The translations under genes and the position numbers were made by a program. From Chromatiales bacterium (lineage in GTDB: Bacteria; Pseudomonadota; Gammaproteobacteria; SZUA-152), in assembly GCA_027010265.1 (NCBI GenBank), contig JALVCE010000116.1, positions 1,626 to 65,625 of the forward strand: a stretch of DNA of 64,000 nt, read 5' to 3'. Position 1 is the first letter of the stretch, and each line of letters opens with the position of its first letter. The notes under the pieces were generated by a model. That model was given only the letters and a program-made list of their open reading frames with translations, made no database searches and was not told where the DNA came from. Shown piece after piece: positions 1 to 9,332 of the stretch.

Positions 1-313
1 TGCTGGCATCGGAACTCACCGAGATGGGATCCTTGATCACCCCGCTCTCGTATTTCTTCACCAACCGAACCTGCTCCGCCTGCTGCTCGCCGGTCATGTT
101 CTTGTGGATGATGCCGATGCCACCCTCCTGGGCCATGCTGATGGCCAGTCGTGCCTCGGTGACCGTATCCATGGCCGCGGAAATCAGTGGAATATTCAGG
201 GTGATATCCCGGGTCAGGCGGGTGGCCAGGCTCACTTCCTTGGGCATTACCTTGGAATGGGCCGGAATCAGTAAAACATCATCGAATGTAAGGGCTTCTT
301 GGGCAATGCGCAT
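1..313 (-). CDS. guaB: IMP dehydrogenase, N-terminal part (gene runs off the window start)
   Basis: Reverse strand from ATG (313-311) reads [73 protein letters not shown], the canonical GuaB N-terminus. The listed + ORF 24..362 is its antisense shadow. Confidence 0.93.
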   Translation of the reverse strand, partial: MRIAQEALTFDDVLLIPAHSKVMPKEVSLATRLTRDITLNIPLISAAMDTVTEARLAISMAQEGGIGIIHKNMTGEQQAEQVRLVKKYESGVIKDPISVSSDAS

Positions 314-551
314 GGCGGGATTCCAGGAATGCGAGCGGTTAATGGGGGTGCAGATTATATAAGCAGGGGGGCTGGCGGGTAAACCGCCGCTACGGATTCG
401 TGCTTGATCTCCCGGGCAATTGTGTGATTAAGTAGCCCTCGTACAAAAGAATTGCCTCGACGTATTCTGTAAAATAAAAGGTAACAAGCGGTTTTTTGTT
501 CCCGGCCAGTGGCCAGGGCAGAAACCAATAAAAAGCATCGGAGGAGATATA

Positions 552-884
552 ATGAAAAAAGTAATGATTTTTGGCGCCCTGATTTTCGCCTTGAGCGGTT
601 GCTCGTACTTTGGTGGCGGAAGCAGTGACGATACGTCGGCCAATGCTGATGCCGAAGCCGCCAAGGCCGCCATAGCCGCTGCCGTTGAAGCCTTGGACAA
701 GGCCCGCAGCGTAGAAGGCGAATGGCGAGACGCGCGGAAAAAAATCCTCAAAAAGGCCAAGGCAGCCGCCAGCAAGGGCGACTACAAGAAGGCCATCAAG
801 CTGGCCAACATGGCCAAGTTCCAGGGTGAAATGGGCTATAAACAAGCCATGGATCAGAAAAACGCCGGTCCCTGGTTGTTCTAA
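552..884 (+). CDS. small lipoprotein, function unknown
   Basis: Signal peptide with lipobox (MKKVMIFGALIFALSG-C). Ala/Lys-rich helical body. A hairpin terminator lies downstream. Confidence 0.7.
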   Translation: MKKVMIFGALIFALSGCSYFGGGSSDDTSANADAEAAKAAIAAAVEALDKARSVEGEWRDARKKILKKAKAAASKGDYKKAIKLANMAKFQGEMGYKQAMDQKNAGPWLF

Positions 885-937
885 ACAAGCTTCCCGGGCG
901 ATAGCCTGGACCCAGGCATCGCGCGGAGAACGGAAAC

Positions 938-969
938 AGGCAGGCTGCCGAAGCAGCCTGCCTTTTTTA
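938..969 (+). terminator. Rho-independent terminator
   Basis: Stem AGGCAGGCTGC, loop CGAA, stem GCAGCCTGCCT, followed by TTTTTT. Confidence 0.8.
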
Positions 970-1010
970 TTGCCCCCTTTTTTGCCTGTAACCGGGATAC
1001 ACTAGACGGC

Positions 1011-2372
1011 ATGTCCAACGGCGAATCCTTAAGCAAACGCAGCATCTACAGCGTCAGCGCCCTGAACCACGCGGCCCGCGATCTGCTGGAAAGCGAGTTC
1101 CCGCTGATCTGGGTGGAGGGGGAAATCTCCAACCTGGCCCGCCCCGCCTCAGGGCACATCTATTTCAGTCTCAAGGACGAATCCGCCCAGCTGCGCTGTG
1201 CCATGTTCAAGATGCGCAACCGGCAGGTGGCCTTTCGCCCGGAAAACGGTCAGCAGGTGCTGGTGCAAGGCCGGCTGAGTGTCTACCCGGCGCGGGGCGA
1301 TTACCAACTGATCGCCGAACACATGGAGGCCGCTGGTGACGGCACCCTGCGCCGCCAGTTCGAGCTACTGAAACAACGCCTGCAGGCCGAGGGACTGTTC
1401 GCCGCCGAGCGCAAGCAACCCCTGCCCACACTACCCCGCCGCCTGGGTATCATCACCTCTCCCAGCGGCGCAGCGATTCACGATATCCTGCACGTGCTCC
1501 AGCGCCGCTTTCCCGGCATCCCGGTGCTCATTTATCCCGTGCCAGTACAGGGCGCCGAGGCGCCGGGCGCCATCGTCGAGGCCCTGCGCACCGCCAATAC
1601 CTGCGCCGAGTGCGACGTGCTGATCCTCGCCCGCGGCGGCGGTTCGCTGGAAGACCTGTGGGCCTTCAACGACGAGGCCGTGGCCCGCGCCATTGCCGCC
1701 AGCAGCATTCCCGTGGTCAGCGCCGTGGGCCATGAAGTGGACGTCAGCATCGCCGATTTCGCCGCCGACCTGCGTGCCCCCACCCCCTCCGCCGCCGCCG
1801 AACTGGTAAGTCCGGATCGGCAGGAATGGCTGGCGGTTTGCCGGGGCTGGCGCCAACGCCTGCTGCGCGCCTGGCAGGGACAGATGGCCCACCGCCGCCA
1901 GCACCTGGACTGGCTGCGCCGACAGCTCAAACATCCCGACCAACGCCTGCGCGATCGCGCCCAGCGTCTCGATGAACTGGAGCAGCGGCTGATTCTCGCC
2001 CAGCGTAGTCGTCTACAACAGGCCCATGCCCGGCTCGACACCCTGCTCACACGTCTGCATGCTCACTCCCCGGCGCGGCGCCTGCGGGAGTTACACCTGC
2101 GCCTCGATCAACTCCGCCACGCCAATCACAGTGCCATTAAACACAGCCTGTCGTTCAACCGCGCCCGCCTGGACAACCTGGCCCGGGCACTCAATGCAGT
2201 GAGCCCCCTGGCCACCCTGGGCCGCGGCTTCGCCATCGTGCAAACCCCCGATGGCAGGGTGGTGCGCAATGCGCAGGAGTTGCAGGTGGGTGATCCTGTC
2301 CGCGCCCGGCTAGGCAGCGGGCAACTGGATTGCCGGGTGGAGGCGGTGCACGAGGCAACGGAGGAACAGTGA
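1011..2372 (+). CDS. xseA: exodeoxyribonuclease VII large subunit
   Basis: 453 aa. OB-fold N-terminus (IWVEGEISNLARPASGHIYFSLKD), GGGSLEDLWAFNDE core and a long helical C-terminus. Divergent from guaB, as is usual. Confidence 0.95.
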   Translation: MSNGESLSKRSIYSVSALNHAARDLLESEFPLIWVEGEISNLARPASGHIYFSLKDESAQLRCAMFKMRNRQVAFRPENGQQVLVQGRLSVYPARGDYQLIAEHMEAAGDGTLRRQFELLKQRLQAEGLFAAERKQPLPTLPRRLGIITSPSGAAIHDILHVLQRRFPGIPVLIYPVPVQGAEAPGAIVEALRTANTCAECDVLILARGGGSLEDLWAFNDEAVARAIAASSIPVVSAVGHEVDVSIADFAADLRAPTPSAAAELVSPDRQEWLAVCRGWRQRLLRAWQGQMAHRRQHLDWLRRQLKHPDQRLRDRAQRLDELEQRLILAQRSRLQQAHARLDTLLTRLHAHSPARRLRELHLRLDQLRHANHSAIKHSLSFNRARLDNLARALNAVSPLATLGRGFAIVQTPDGRVVRNAQELQVGDPVRARLGSGQLDCRVEAVHEATEEQ

Positions 2373-3247
2373 TGCGTCCCCTCTCTCACGCTGCCCTCAC
2401 TCTGTGCATGTTTGGCTTGACGACCCTGTTCTGCCCCGGCTTACTGGCAGGGCAGATCCCTCCCCATACCGCCGCGGTGCCCGGCGGTGTGGTGGTGGTG
2501 GATCTCGGCCCCGTCAGCGACAAGGCCCCCGAGGCCCGCTACCGCAAGCAGCGCGTGATGGTGACGCGGAACGACGGGCGCTGGCAGGCGGTGGTGGGCA
2601 TTCCCCTGGGCGTCAAACCCGGCCGTCAATCCCTGGAAATCGTCGGCCAATCTCAAACCCTGGCCTTTATGGTCAGCCCCAAACACTATCCCGAACAACG
2701 CCTGACCATCAAAAACAAGCGCAAGGTGAACCCCAATGCGGAAGACATGAAGCGCATCCGCAGTGAGCGTGGACGCATCAACGCCGCACTGCGCCACTGG
2801 GAACCCCGGGACAGGGTGGAAACTGGTTTCAGCTTGCCTGTGCAGGGTCGCTTGAGCAGTCCCTTCGGTCTGCGCCGGTTTTTCAACGAACAACCCCGCA
2901 AGCCCCACTCGGGCATCGACATCGCCGCCCCGGAGGGTACACCGATTCGCGCCCCGGCGGCGGGCACGGTAATCGAGCGCGGTGAATTTTTCTTCAACGG
3001 CAATTCCGTGTTCATCGACCACGGCCAGGGCCTGGTGACGATGTACGCCCACATGAGCCGCATCGATGTCCAGCCGGGGCAACAGGTCGCACAGGGTGAA
3101 ATCATCGGCGCCGTGGGTCACACCGGCCGGGCCACCGGACCCCATTTGCACTGGGGAGTGAGCCTCAATGACGCCCGGGTGGATCCGGCAATATTCTTCG
3201 ATGATCTTGAAACACTGCTCGAATCCCACGTCGCACCCGCCCGGTAA
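2372..3247 (+). CDS. M23/LytM-family metallopeptidase (secreted)
   Basis: HSGIDIAAPEGTPIRAPAAGTV and GHTGRATGPHLHWGV zinc motifs. Signal peptide MRPLSHAALTLCMFGL. The ATG overlaps the xseA stop (TGATG). The ORF track's upstream extension from 2330 is unlikely. Confidence 0.88.
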   Translation: MRPLSHAALTLCMFGLTTLFCPGLLAGQIPPHTAAVPGGVVVVDLGPVSDKAPEARYRKQRVMVTRNDGRWQAVVGIPLGVKPGRQSLEIVGQSQTLAFMVSPKHYPEQRLTIKNKRKVNPNAEDMKRIRSERGRINAALRHWEPRDRVETGFSLPVQGRLSSPFGLRRFFNEQPRKPHSGIDIAAPEGTPIRAPAAGTVIERGEFFFNGNSVFIDHGQGLVTMYAHMSRIDVQPGQQVAQGEIIGAVGHTGRATGPHLHWGVSLNDARVDPAIFFDDLETLLESHVAPAR

Positions 3248-3323
3248 GCCTTGCGGGAAAGACGCCAAAGGGCTACTGTCGCGCGCTGAATATTTTAAAG
3301 CTGCTCGCGATCGTTGGACTGCC

Positions 3324-3396
3324 CGTCATGCCGGCGAATGCCGGCACCCAGAAAGCCATTAAACCCACTGGATCCCGGCGTTCGCCGGGATGACGG
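3324..3396. repeat. REP/BIME-like inverted pair (diverged copy)
   Basis: CGTCATGCCGGCGAATGCCGGCACCCAG, 16 nt spacer, CTGGATCCCGGCGTTCGCCGGGATGACGG. Same family as copies at 22583, 23019, 34679, 36873, 38500 and 39529. Confidence 0.85.
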
Positions 3397-3455
3397 ATTA
3401 TTCAGGCTTTACCTGAATCTTTATCTTTCGCCAATAACGCTAATCCAATCTCGCC

Positions 3456-4253
3456 ATGAAAAAATTCGCCCAAAACCTCGTCAAAAAACCCGCCTTTGAA
3501 TATTTCATCGTCGGCCTGATCCTGCTCAATGCGGTGATCCTCGGCCTGGAAACCTCACCCGAGATCATGGCCCAATACGGCACCTGGTTGGAATGGGGAA
3601 ACAGCTTGATACTCGGGGTATTCATTATTGAGGCAGCGCTGAAGATCACCGCCGTGGCACCGCAATTCAAACGCTATTTCGGCAACGGCTGGGATCTGTT
3701 CGACTTCAGCGTGGTGGTGCTGTCACTGATCCCCGCCAGCGGCGAATACGCCATGATCGCCCGCCTCGCCCGACTGCTGCGGGTGGCGCGACTGATCTCC
3801 ACCATCCCCGAGCTGCGGCTGATCATCAGCACCCTGGTGCGCTCCATCCCCAGCATGGGCCACGTGCTGATGCTGATGGGGGTGATCTTTTATATCTACG
3901 CCGTGGCCGGCTATCACCTGTTCAGCGCACACGACCCCGAGCACTGGCGCAACCTGGGTATCTCCCTGCTCACCCTGTTCCGCGTGGTGACCCTGGAGGA
4001 CTGGACCGATGTGATGTACAAGGCCATGGAAATGCACTACCTGAGCTGGATGTACTTTGTCAGCTTCGTGGTGGTGGGCACCTTCGTGGTCATCAACCTG
4101 TTCATCGCCGTGGTGCTCAATAACCTGGAACAGGCCAAGGCGGAACAACTGGAGGATTTGCAGGCGCCGGTGAGCAGGGGTGAAATCCTCCGCGAACTGC
4201 GGCAGACTCAGAAAGCCCTCGTGCGACTCCAGGAAAAACTCAAACGGGAGTGA
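3456..4253 (+). CDS. single-domain voltage-gated cation channel (NaChBac/NavBac family)
   Basis: 265 aa. S4 with Arg at every third position (RLARLLRVARLIS), pore/filter FRVVTLEDWTDVMY, and a C-terminal coiled coil (EILRELRQTQKALVRLQEKLKRE). Confidence 0.85.
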   Translation: MKKFAQNLVKKPAFEYFIVGLILLNAVILGLETSPEIMAQYGTWLEWGNSLILGVFIIEAALKITAVAPQFKRYFGNGWDLFDFSVVVLSLIPASGEYAMIARLARLLRVARLISTIPELRLIISTLVRSIPSMGHVLMLMGVIFYIYAVAGYHLFSAHDPEHWRNLGISLLTLFRVVTLEDWTDVMYKAMEMHYLSWMYFVSFVVVGTFVVINLFIAVVLNNLEQAKAEQLEDLQAPVSRGEILRELRQTQKALVRLQEKLKRE

Positions 4254-4306
4254 AGCACCAGGTGGTCGACACCCCTCAACCTTTCACCAGCATCCGGAGA
4301 ACACCC

Positions 4307-4819
4307 ATGAAAAATAGACTCAACACGCTATGCCTGTCTCTCGGCCTGATATTTCTGGGAGTGACACCGACCCAAGCCGAAGAACAGCAGGCGCTGGCCA
4401 GCTTCAAGGCAATGAAACCGGCCCTGGCGCTACAACTGGCACAGGCGACACTGACAGCCTGCAGAGAGGCAGGCTATCAGGTTGCCGTGGCCGTGGTGGA
4501 TCGCTCCGGCATCACCCAGGTGATTCTGCGCGACCAACTCGCCGGCGGCCACACCCCCGAGACCGCCCGCCGCAAGGCCTGGACTGCTGCCAGCTTTCGC
4601 ACCGATACCCAGGTAATGATGGAAGAAACCCAGGCCGGCAAAGTGCAATCCGGTGTGCGTTTCGTCCGCGAGGCCATGATGGTGGCCGGCGGCATCCCGG
4701 TACTCGCCGCCGGCAGCCTGATTGGTGCAGTGGGCGTCTCCGGCGCACCGGGAGGAGGGCAGGATCACAAATGCGCCCAGGCCGGCATCGACGCCATTGA
4801 AGAAGACCTGATGTTTTGA
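4307..4819 (+). CDS. GlcG/HbpS-like (DUF336) heme-binding protein, secreted
   Basis: Signal peptide MKNRLNTLCLSLGLIFLGVTPTQA, then VAVAVVDRSGITQVILRDQLAGGHTPETARRKAWTAASF and GGIPV, GAVGVSGAPGG, typical of DUF336. Start chosen at the ATG with GGAGA upstream. Confidence 0.8.
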   Translation: MKNRLNTLCLSLGLIFLGVTPTQAEEQQALASFKAMKPALALQLAQATLTACREAGYQVAVAVVDRSGITQVILRDQLAGGHTPETARRKAWTAASFRTDTQVMMEETQAGKVQSGVRFVREAMMVAGGIPVLAAGSLIGAVGVSGAPGGGQDHKCAQAGIDAIEEDLMF

Positions 4820-5535
4820 GCCGCCAGCCTGCACGCCTGATTATCCTACTGGCGCTCTTCGCCTGCACCGGCTGCGCCAGCCTGCCCGGCCCCCGCGACC
4901 CACAGGACCCGTTTGAACCATACAACCGCGCCATGCACAGCTTCAATCAGGACTTTGACCGGATAGTGGCCAAACCCGTGGCGCAGTCTTATCAGAAAGT
5001 CATGCCCACCTGGGCCGACAGGGCCGTGACCAATTTCTTCGGCAACCTCGATGATGTGCTGGTGCTGGCCAACAACCTGCTGCAACTCAAAATCCAGCAG
5101 GCGGCCTCGGATGCGGCACGCATCATGTTCAATTCAACTATTGGCCTGCTGGGGTTTGTGGATGTTGCCACGCATCTGGATCTGCCCAAGCACAATGAGG
5201 ACTTTGGCCAGACCCTGGGCTACTGGGGCGTGCCTAGTGGCCCCTATTTTGTGCTGCCCTTCCTGGGCCCCAGCACGATCCGCGACAGCGCCGGACTGGG
5301 TGTGGATTATGCGTATTTCGACCCGGTGGTGCACAACGTCAAGCACCTCAATGATCGCGCTGCACTGTTCACGATCAACTTCGTGGACACCCGTGCCGAC
5401 CTTCTCGGCGCCAGCCGCCTGCTGGATAGCGCCGCCCTGGATCCATACACATTTACCCGTGAGGCCTACCTGCAACGCCGCCAGTACTATGTGTACGATG
5501 GCGATCCACCGGAAGAAGACTTTGACGAAGAATGA
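4816..5535 (+). CDS. mlaA: MlaA/VacJ-family outer-membrane lipoprotein
   Basis: Lipobox LFACTG-C. DPFEPYNRAMHSFNQDFD, NFFGNLDD, GLLGFVDVA and LGYWGVPSGPYFVLPFLGPST are hallmark MlaA segments. TTG start overlaps the upstream stop (TTGA). Confidence 0.9.
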   Translation: MSRQPARLIILLALFACTGCASLPGPRDPQDPFEPYNRAMHSFNQDFDRIVAKPVAQSYQKVMPTWADRAVTNFFGNLDDVLVLANNLLQLKIQQAASDAARIMFNSTIGLLGFVDVATHLDLPKHNEDFGQTLGYWGVPSGPYFVLPFLGPSTIRDSAGLGVDYAYFDPVVHNVKHLNDRAALFTINFVDTRADLLGASRLLDSAALDPYTFTREAYLQRRQYYVYDGDPPEEDFDEE

Positions 5536-5954
5536 GCACAACACCCAGCACCATCGAAGCCAGTATTGCCTTTGATTACCAGGGTGAACGCTATGCCGTC
5601 ACCACCCTCATCGATCTGGATCGGCTCATGGCCGGGCATCAGACCCTGCCATCCCTGCACCCGCTGCTTGCCAAGGAGATGGGCATCGACCCCTATTCCT
5701 ATCAGTACGAAATGCTCCTGGCGGAACCCATTCACTTTACCCGCGGGCAGGGGCTTGCATGCAAGTTCCTGCAAAACGGGCGTTTCGACAAGACAGGCTT
5801 TGAAACGGCCTGGCGAGAACAAAACACCCTGTCTCAACTTCAGGAGATTGCCCGACGGCAACTCGGCGTAGACGACCTCAGTCAGCAGCCGGCGCTGCGC
5901 GAAGCCCTGCGCGAGGCTTTCGAGGCAGGCCGTAAAAGGGGGGACAAGCGCTGA
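5532..5954 (+). CDS. hypothetical protein (140 aa), translationally coupled to mlaA
   Basis: ATG overlaps the mlaA stop (ATGA). Long ORF in the operon direction. No family recognised. Confidence 0.55.
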   Translation: MSTTPSTIEASIAFDYQGERYAVTTLIDLDRLMAGHQTLPSLHPLLAKEMGIDPYSYQYEMLLAEPIHFTRGQGLACKFLQNGRFDKTGFETAWREQNTLSQLQEIARRQLGVDDLSQQPALREALREAFEAGRKRGDKR

Positions 5955-5969
5955 CAGGCGGCGCCGGCG

Positions 5970-7094
5970 TCAATCCTTGGCCCCGGCAGCCCGGGCGCGG
6001 GCCAGACGCTCGACCTGCCCGGCATCCTCCTGGGCGGCATTCCAGTCCGGCTCCGCCTCGGGCCAACCCGCCAGGTGTTTTTGCACCAGCCCCGCCAGGG
6101 CGGTGATGTGATCGGCACGGTCGTTGAGCGCGGGGATGTAATGAAACTTCTCACCACCGGCCTCCAGGTAGGCCGCCTTGTTTTCCACCGCAATCTCTTC
6201 CAGGGTCTCCAGGCAGTCGGCGGAAAACCCGGGGCAGACAATATCCACGGATTTCACCCCCTTGTCGCCCAACTCGCGCAGGGTTTCGATGGTGTAGGGC
6301 TGCAGCCATTCCTCCCGGCCAAAGATGGACTGAAAGGTGAGTTGCCAGCGATTCTCCGCCAATCCCAGGCGCTCTGCCACCAGCCGCGCGGTCTTGTGAC
6401 ACTGGCAGTGATAGGGATCGCCCTCGGTAAAAAAACGCCTGGGTGTGCCATGGAAGGAGAACAACAGTTTTTCCGGCGGCTCGCGCTTGGCCCAGCTTTC
6501 ACGAATACTCGATGCCAAGGCCTCGATATAACCAGTCTCATCGTGGTACTGGTTGATGAAACGCAGCTCCGGCACCCAGCGCCAGCTTTTCATTTCCTCG
6601 GCAATGGCGTCGAAGGTGGAGGCCGTGGTGGAACAGGAATACTGCGGGTACAGCGGCAGCACCAGCACCCTCCGTGCGCCTGCATCCCGCAATTTCGCCA
6701 CGGCCGAGGCCAGAGAAGGATTGCCGTAACGCATGCCCAGTTCCACCACCACCGGGCCGGGCAGGCGCTGCGCCAGGGATTCACGCAGGGCGGCAAGCTG
6801 ACGCTCGGCGATGGCCAGCAGGGGTGAGCCCTCATCGCCCCAGATACTGGCGTAGGCCTTGGCCGAACGCGGTGGACGAATGCGCAGGATCAGCCCATGC
6901 AGGGCCAGCCACCAGATAGGCCGCGGAAGGCTGTCGACAATACGCGGATCCCACAAGAATTCCGCCAGATAGCGGCGCAGGGCCTCGGGCGTGGGAGCAT
7001 CCGGCGTACCCAGGTTGGTGATGAGCACTCCCGTGGTAATGGGCTGGTCATGGTGAAATTCTGGACTTGCGGACATGATTGTGTGTTGACTCAT
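5970..7094 (-). CDS. hemH: ferrochelatase
   Basis: TGVLITNLGTPDAPTPEALRRYLAEFLWDPRIV, LPLYPQYSCSTT and FSFHGTP motifs. Start uncertain (ATG at 7094 or 7076). The ORF-track start at 7151 looks like an over-extension. Confidence 0.9.
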   Translation of the reverse strand: MSQHTIMSASPEFHHDQPITTGVLITNLGTPDAPTPEALRRYLAEFLWDPRIVDSLPRPIWWLALHGLILRIRPPRSAKAYASIWGDEGSPLLAIAERQLAALRESLAQRLPGPVVVELGMRYGNPSLASAVAKLRDAGARRVLVLPLYPQYSCSTTASTFDAIAEEMKSWRWVPELRFINQYHDETGYIEALASSIRESWAKREPPEKLLFSFHGTPRRFFTEGDPYHCQCHKTARLVAERLGLAENRWQLTFQSIFGREEWLQPYTIETLRELGDKGVKSVDIVCPGFSADCLETLEEIAVENKAAYLEAGGEKFHYIPALNDRADHITALAGLVQKHLAGWPEAEPDWNAAQEDAGQVERLARARAAGAKD

Positions 7095-7211
7095 TTTATT
7101 GTTGTTGAAATCCACGGACACAGCTGAGCTGTCGACACGTTGCTGCGACAAAACGCCGCAGAGGGCGGATGGCCCGAGATAAGTCGTGCATTATCGTGCG
7201 ATAATCCGCCC

Positions 7212-7847
7212 ATGTCCAAACCGATCAAACTGTTTCTCGGATCACTGTCTGTGCTCCTTCTGCTCGGTGCCGCCCTCTACCTGGGTGAACCTGAGGCCGA
7301 CGCACAAGCCAGCGACAATAACCCGGCAAAGCTCGCAACACCGAAACCATTGAGCGAGTTCCAGCTCATGGCCAGCGATGGCCGTCCCCTGAACCGCGAC
7401 AGACTCAAGGGTAAATGGACGCTGCTGTTTTTCGGCTATACCCACTGTCCCGATGTCTGCCCTACAACCCTCAGCGAGCTGGCCACCATGGCAGGGCAAC
7501 TGACGCCCGAAATCCACAAAGATACGCAATTCATTTTTGTCTCGGTGGACCCACGACGGGACACCCCACAATCACTGGCGGAGTATGTGCAGTACTTCGA
7601 CCCGCGATTCATCGGCGCCACCGGCAGCATCGAGGAACTTGCCGTGCTGGTGCGCCAACTGGATTCCAAGTTCAGCCTGGGCACCAGCCCGTTGGGCGAA
7701 GCCATTGTCAATCACTCCAGCGCAGTAATGGTGATCGACCCGCAAGTCCGCTATTATGCGCGCCTCTCGGCGCCTCATTACGCAGAAGACCTTCTCCAAC
7801 AATACTTGGCGCTGCGTCAACATACCCCAGGCACTCCAATACCATAA
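7212..7847 (+). CDS. SCO1/SenC-family copper chaperone (thioredoxin fold)
   Basis: N-terminal TM anchor, then GKWTLLFFGYTHCPDVCPTTL (CxxxC) and a conserved H in VNHSSAVMVIDP. Confidence 0.88.
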   Translation: MSKPIKLFLGSLSVLLLLGAALYLGEPEADAQASDNNPAKLATPKPLSEFQLMASDGRPLNRDRLKGKWTLLFFGYTHCPDVCPTTLSELATMAGQLTPEIHKDTQFIFVSVDPRRDTPQSLAEYVQYFDPRFIGATGSIEELAVLVRQLDSKFSLGTSPLGEAIVNHSSAVMVIDPQVRYYARLSAPHYAEDLLQQYLALRQHTPGTPIP

Positions 7848-7868
7848 CCTGCCTTATTGGAATCCATC

Positions 7869-8345
7869 ATGAATCTGTACCAACGACTCGCAACCCTGAT
7901 CCCGTTCTTGCTGCTTGCCTGCGCAAACCTGGCCCAGGCAACAGAAGACCTTGAAATCCACGATGCCTGGGCGCGTGAAGCGCCGCCCGGGGCAGCGGTG
8001 ATGGCCGGCTATTTAACGTTACACAATCACTCTTCCGAAACTTACACCCTGACAAACCTGCAATCTCCCCAATTCGAAAAGGTGGAAATACACCGTACCG
8101 AAGAACGCGACGGAATGACCCAGATGATCAAAGTGTCACAGGTCATTCTCGGCCCCAAAGACAGTGTCAGATTTCAACCTGGCGGCATGCACCTGATGCT
8201 GATGAAGCCCAAAAAACCGCTCAAGGCCGGCGCCAAGATCAGTCTCACCCTGTCTTTCAGTGGCGAGACATCGATGCAGGTCACTCTGCCAGTGAAAAAG
8301 GCGGAGGCGTCAATCCATCATGACATGCAAACACACATGCACTAA
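7869..8345 (+). CDS. periplasmic copper chaperone PCu(A)C (DUF461)
   Basis: Signal peptide. HDAWAREAPPGAAVMAGYLTLHN and GGMHLMLM match the PCuAC H(M)X10M...HXM copper site. Adjacent to SCO1, as is common. Confidence 0.85.
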   Translation: MNLYQRLATLIPFLLLACANLAQATEDLEIHDAWAREAPPGAAVMAGYLTLHNHSSETYTLTNLQSPQFEKVEIHRTEERDGMTQMIKVSQVILGPKDSVRFQPGGMHLMLMKPKKPLKAGAKISLTLSFSGETSMQVTLPVKKAEASIHHDMQTHMH

Positions 8346-8378
8346 GCACTAAGCACTAAGCACTAAGCACTAAGCACT
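8339..8378. repeat. perfect heptanucleotide tandem repeat (GCACTAA), about 5.7 copies
   Basis: gcactaa repeated five times, then gcact. It starts in the last His codon and stop codon of the PCuAC gene and ends 5 nt before the psd ATG. Confidence 0.95.
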
Positions 8379-8383
8379 CCATT

Positions 8384-9271
8384 ATGCCGCCCAACACAGA
8401 CCACAGCGCCACCCTGCTCGATTACCTCAAGGCCTGGCCCACCTATCTGCTGCCCCACCATGCCCTGTCGCGGATCATGCATGCCATCACGCGCAGCGAA
8501 ATTCGCTGGTGGAAAACCCTGTTCACGCGCTGGTTCGTCAGACACTTCAAGGTGGACATGAGCCTGGCCGCCGACCCCAGGCTGGAACACTATCCCTGCT
8601 TCAACGCCTTTTTCACCCGTGCCCTGCGCGCCGATGCCCGCCCCATCGTCGCCGATGACACGCTACTGGCCTGTCCGGTGGATGGCGCCGTCAGCCAGCT
8701 AGGAGACATCAAAAACGGGCGTATCTTCCAGGCCAAGGGCCGGGATTACACTCTGCTGGAATTATTGGGCCACGATGAACAACAGGCCGCCCCGTTTATG
8801 GATGGCAAGTTCGCTACCCTCTATCTGTCACCCCGCGATTATCACCGCATCCATCTTCCCTTCGATGGCAGGCTCACCGCCATGTGCCACATCCCAGGGC
8901 GACTATTTAGTGTTAGTCCGGCCACCGCCCGCGCAGTGCCACGCCTGTTTGCCCGAAACGAGCGCGTCGTAACCTACTTTGATACGGATCTTGGCCCAAT
9001 GGCATTGGTGTTGGTGGGTGCAATCTTCGTCGCCAGTATCGAAACCGTCTGGGCCGGCGAGGTCACGCCGCCGGCGGGAAAAACCGTTCGCCACTGGACG
9101 TATGATCCCGCCGAGCCTGCCCATCAGTTTTGCAAAGGTGATGAGATTGCCCGCTTCAATATGGGCTCCACCGTCATCATGCTGCACCCCGCAGATAGCA
9201 TCCAGTGGCTGGAAAACATCCACCCCGCTGACAAGGTCCAGATGGGACAAGCCATCGCACGACGGATCTGA
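8384..9271 (+). CDS. psd: phosphatidylserine decarboxylase proenzyme
   Basis: YLLPHHALSRIMH N-terminus, YLSPRDYHRIH, and the FNMGSTVI self-cleavage (LGST-type) site. Confidence 0.95.
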   Translation: MPPNTDHSATLLDYLKAWPTYLLPHHALSRIMHAITRSEIRWWKTLFTRWFVRHFKVDMSLAADPRLEHYPCFNAFFTRALRADARPIVADDTLLACPVDGAVSQLGDIKNGRIFQAKGRDYTLLELLGHDEQQAAPFMDGKFATLYLSPRDYHRIHLPFDGRLTAMCHIPGRLFSVSPATARAVPRLFARNERVVTYFDTDLGPMALVLVGAIFVASIETVWAGEVTPPAGKTVRHWTYDPAEPAHQFCKGDEIARFNMGSTVIMLHPADSIQWLENIHPADKVQMGQAIARRI

Positions 9272-9332
9272 CGCCCCACGGTCGCCACAATGGACTATGC
9301 TTAATGGTAAGAAACCGGATGGAGACGAAAAC

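Noticed and set aside
24-362. 112-aa + strand ORF at the window start
   Set aside because: It is the antisense shadow of guaB, whose N-terminus reads unambiguously on the minus strand.
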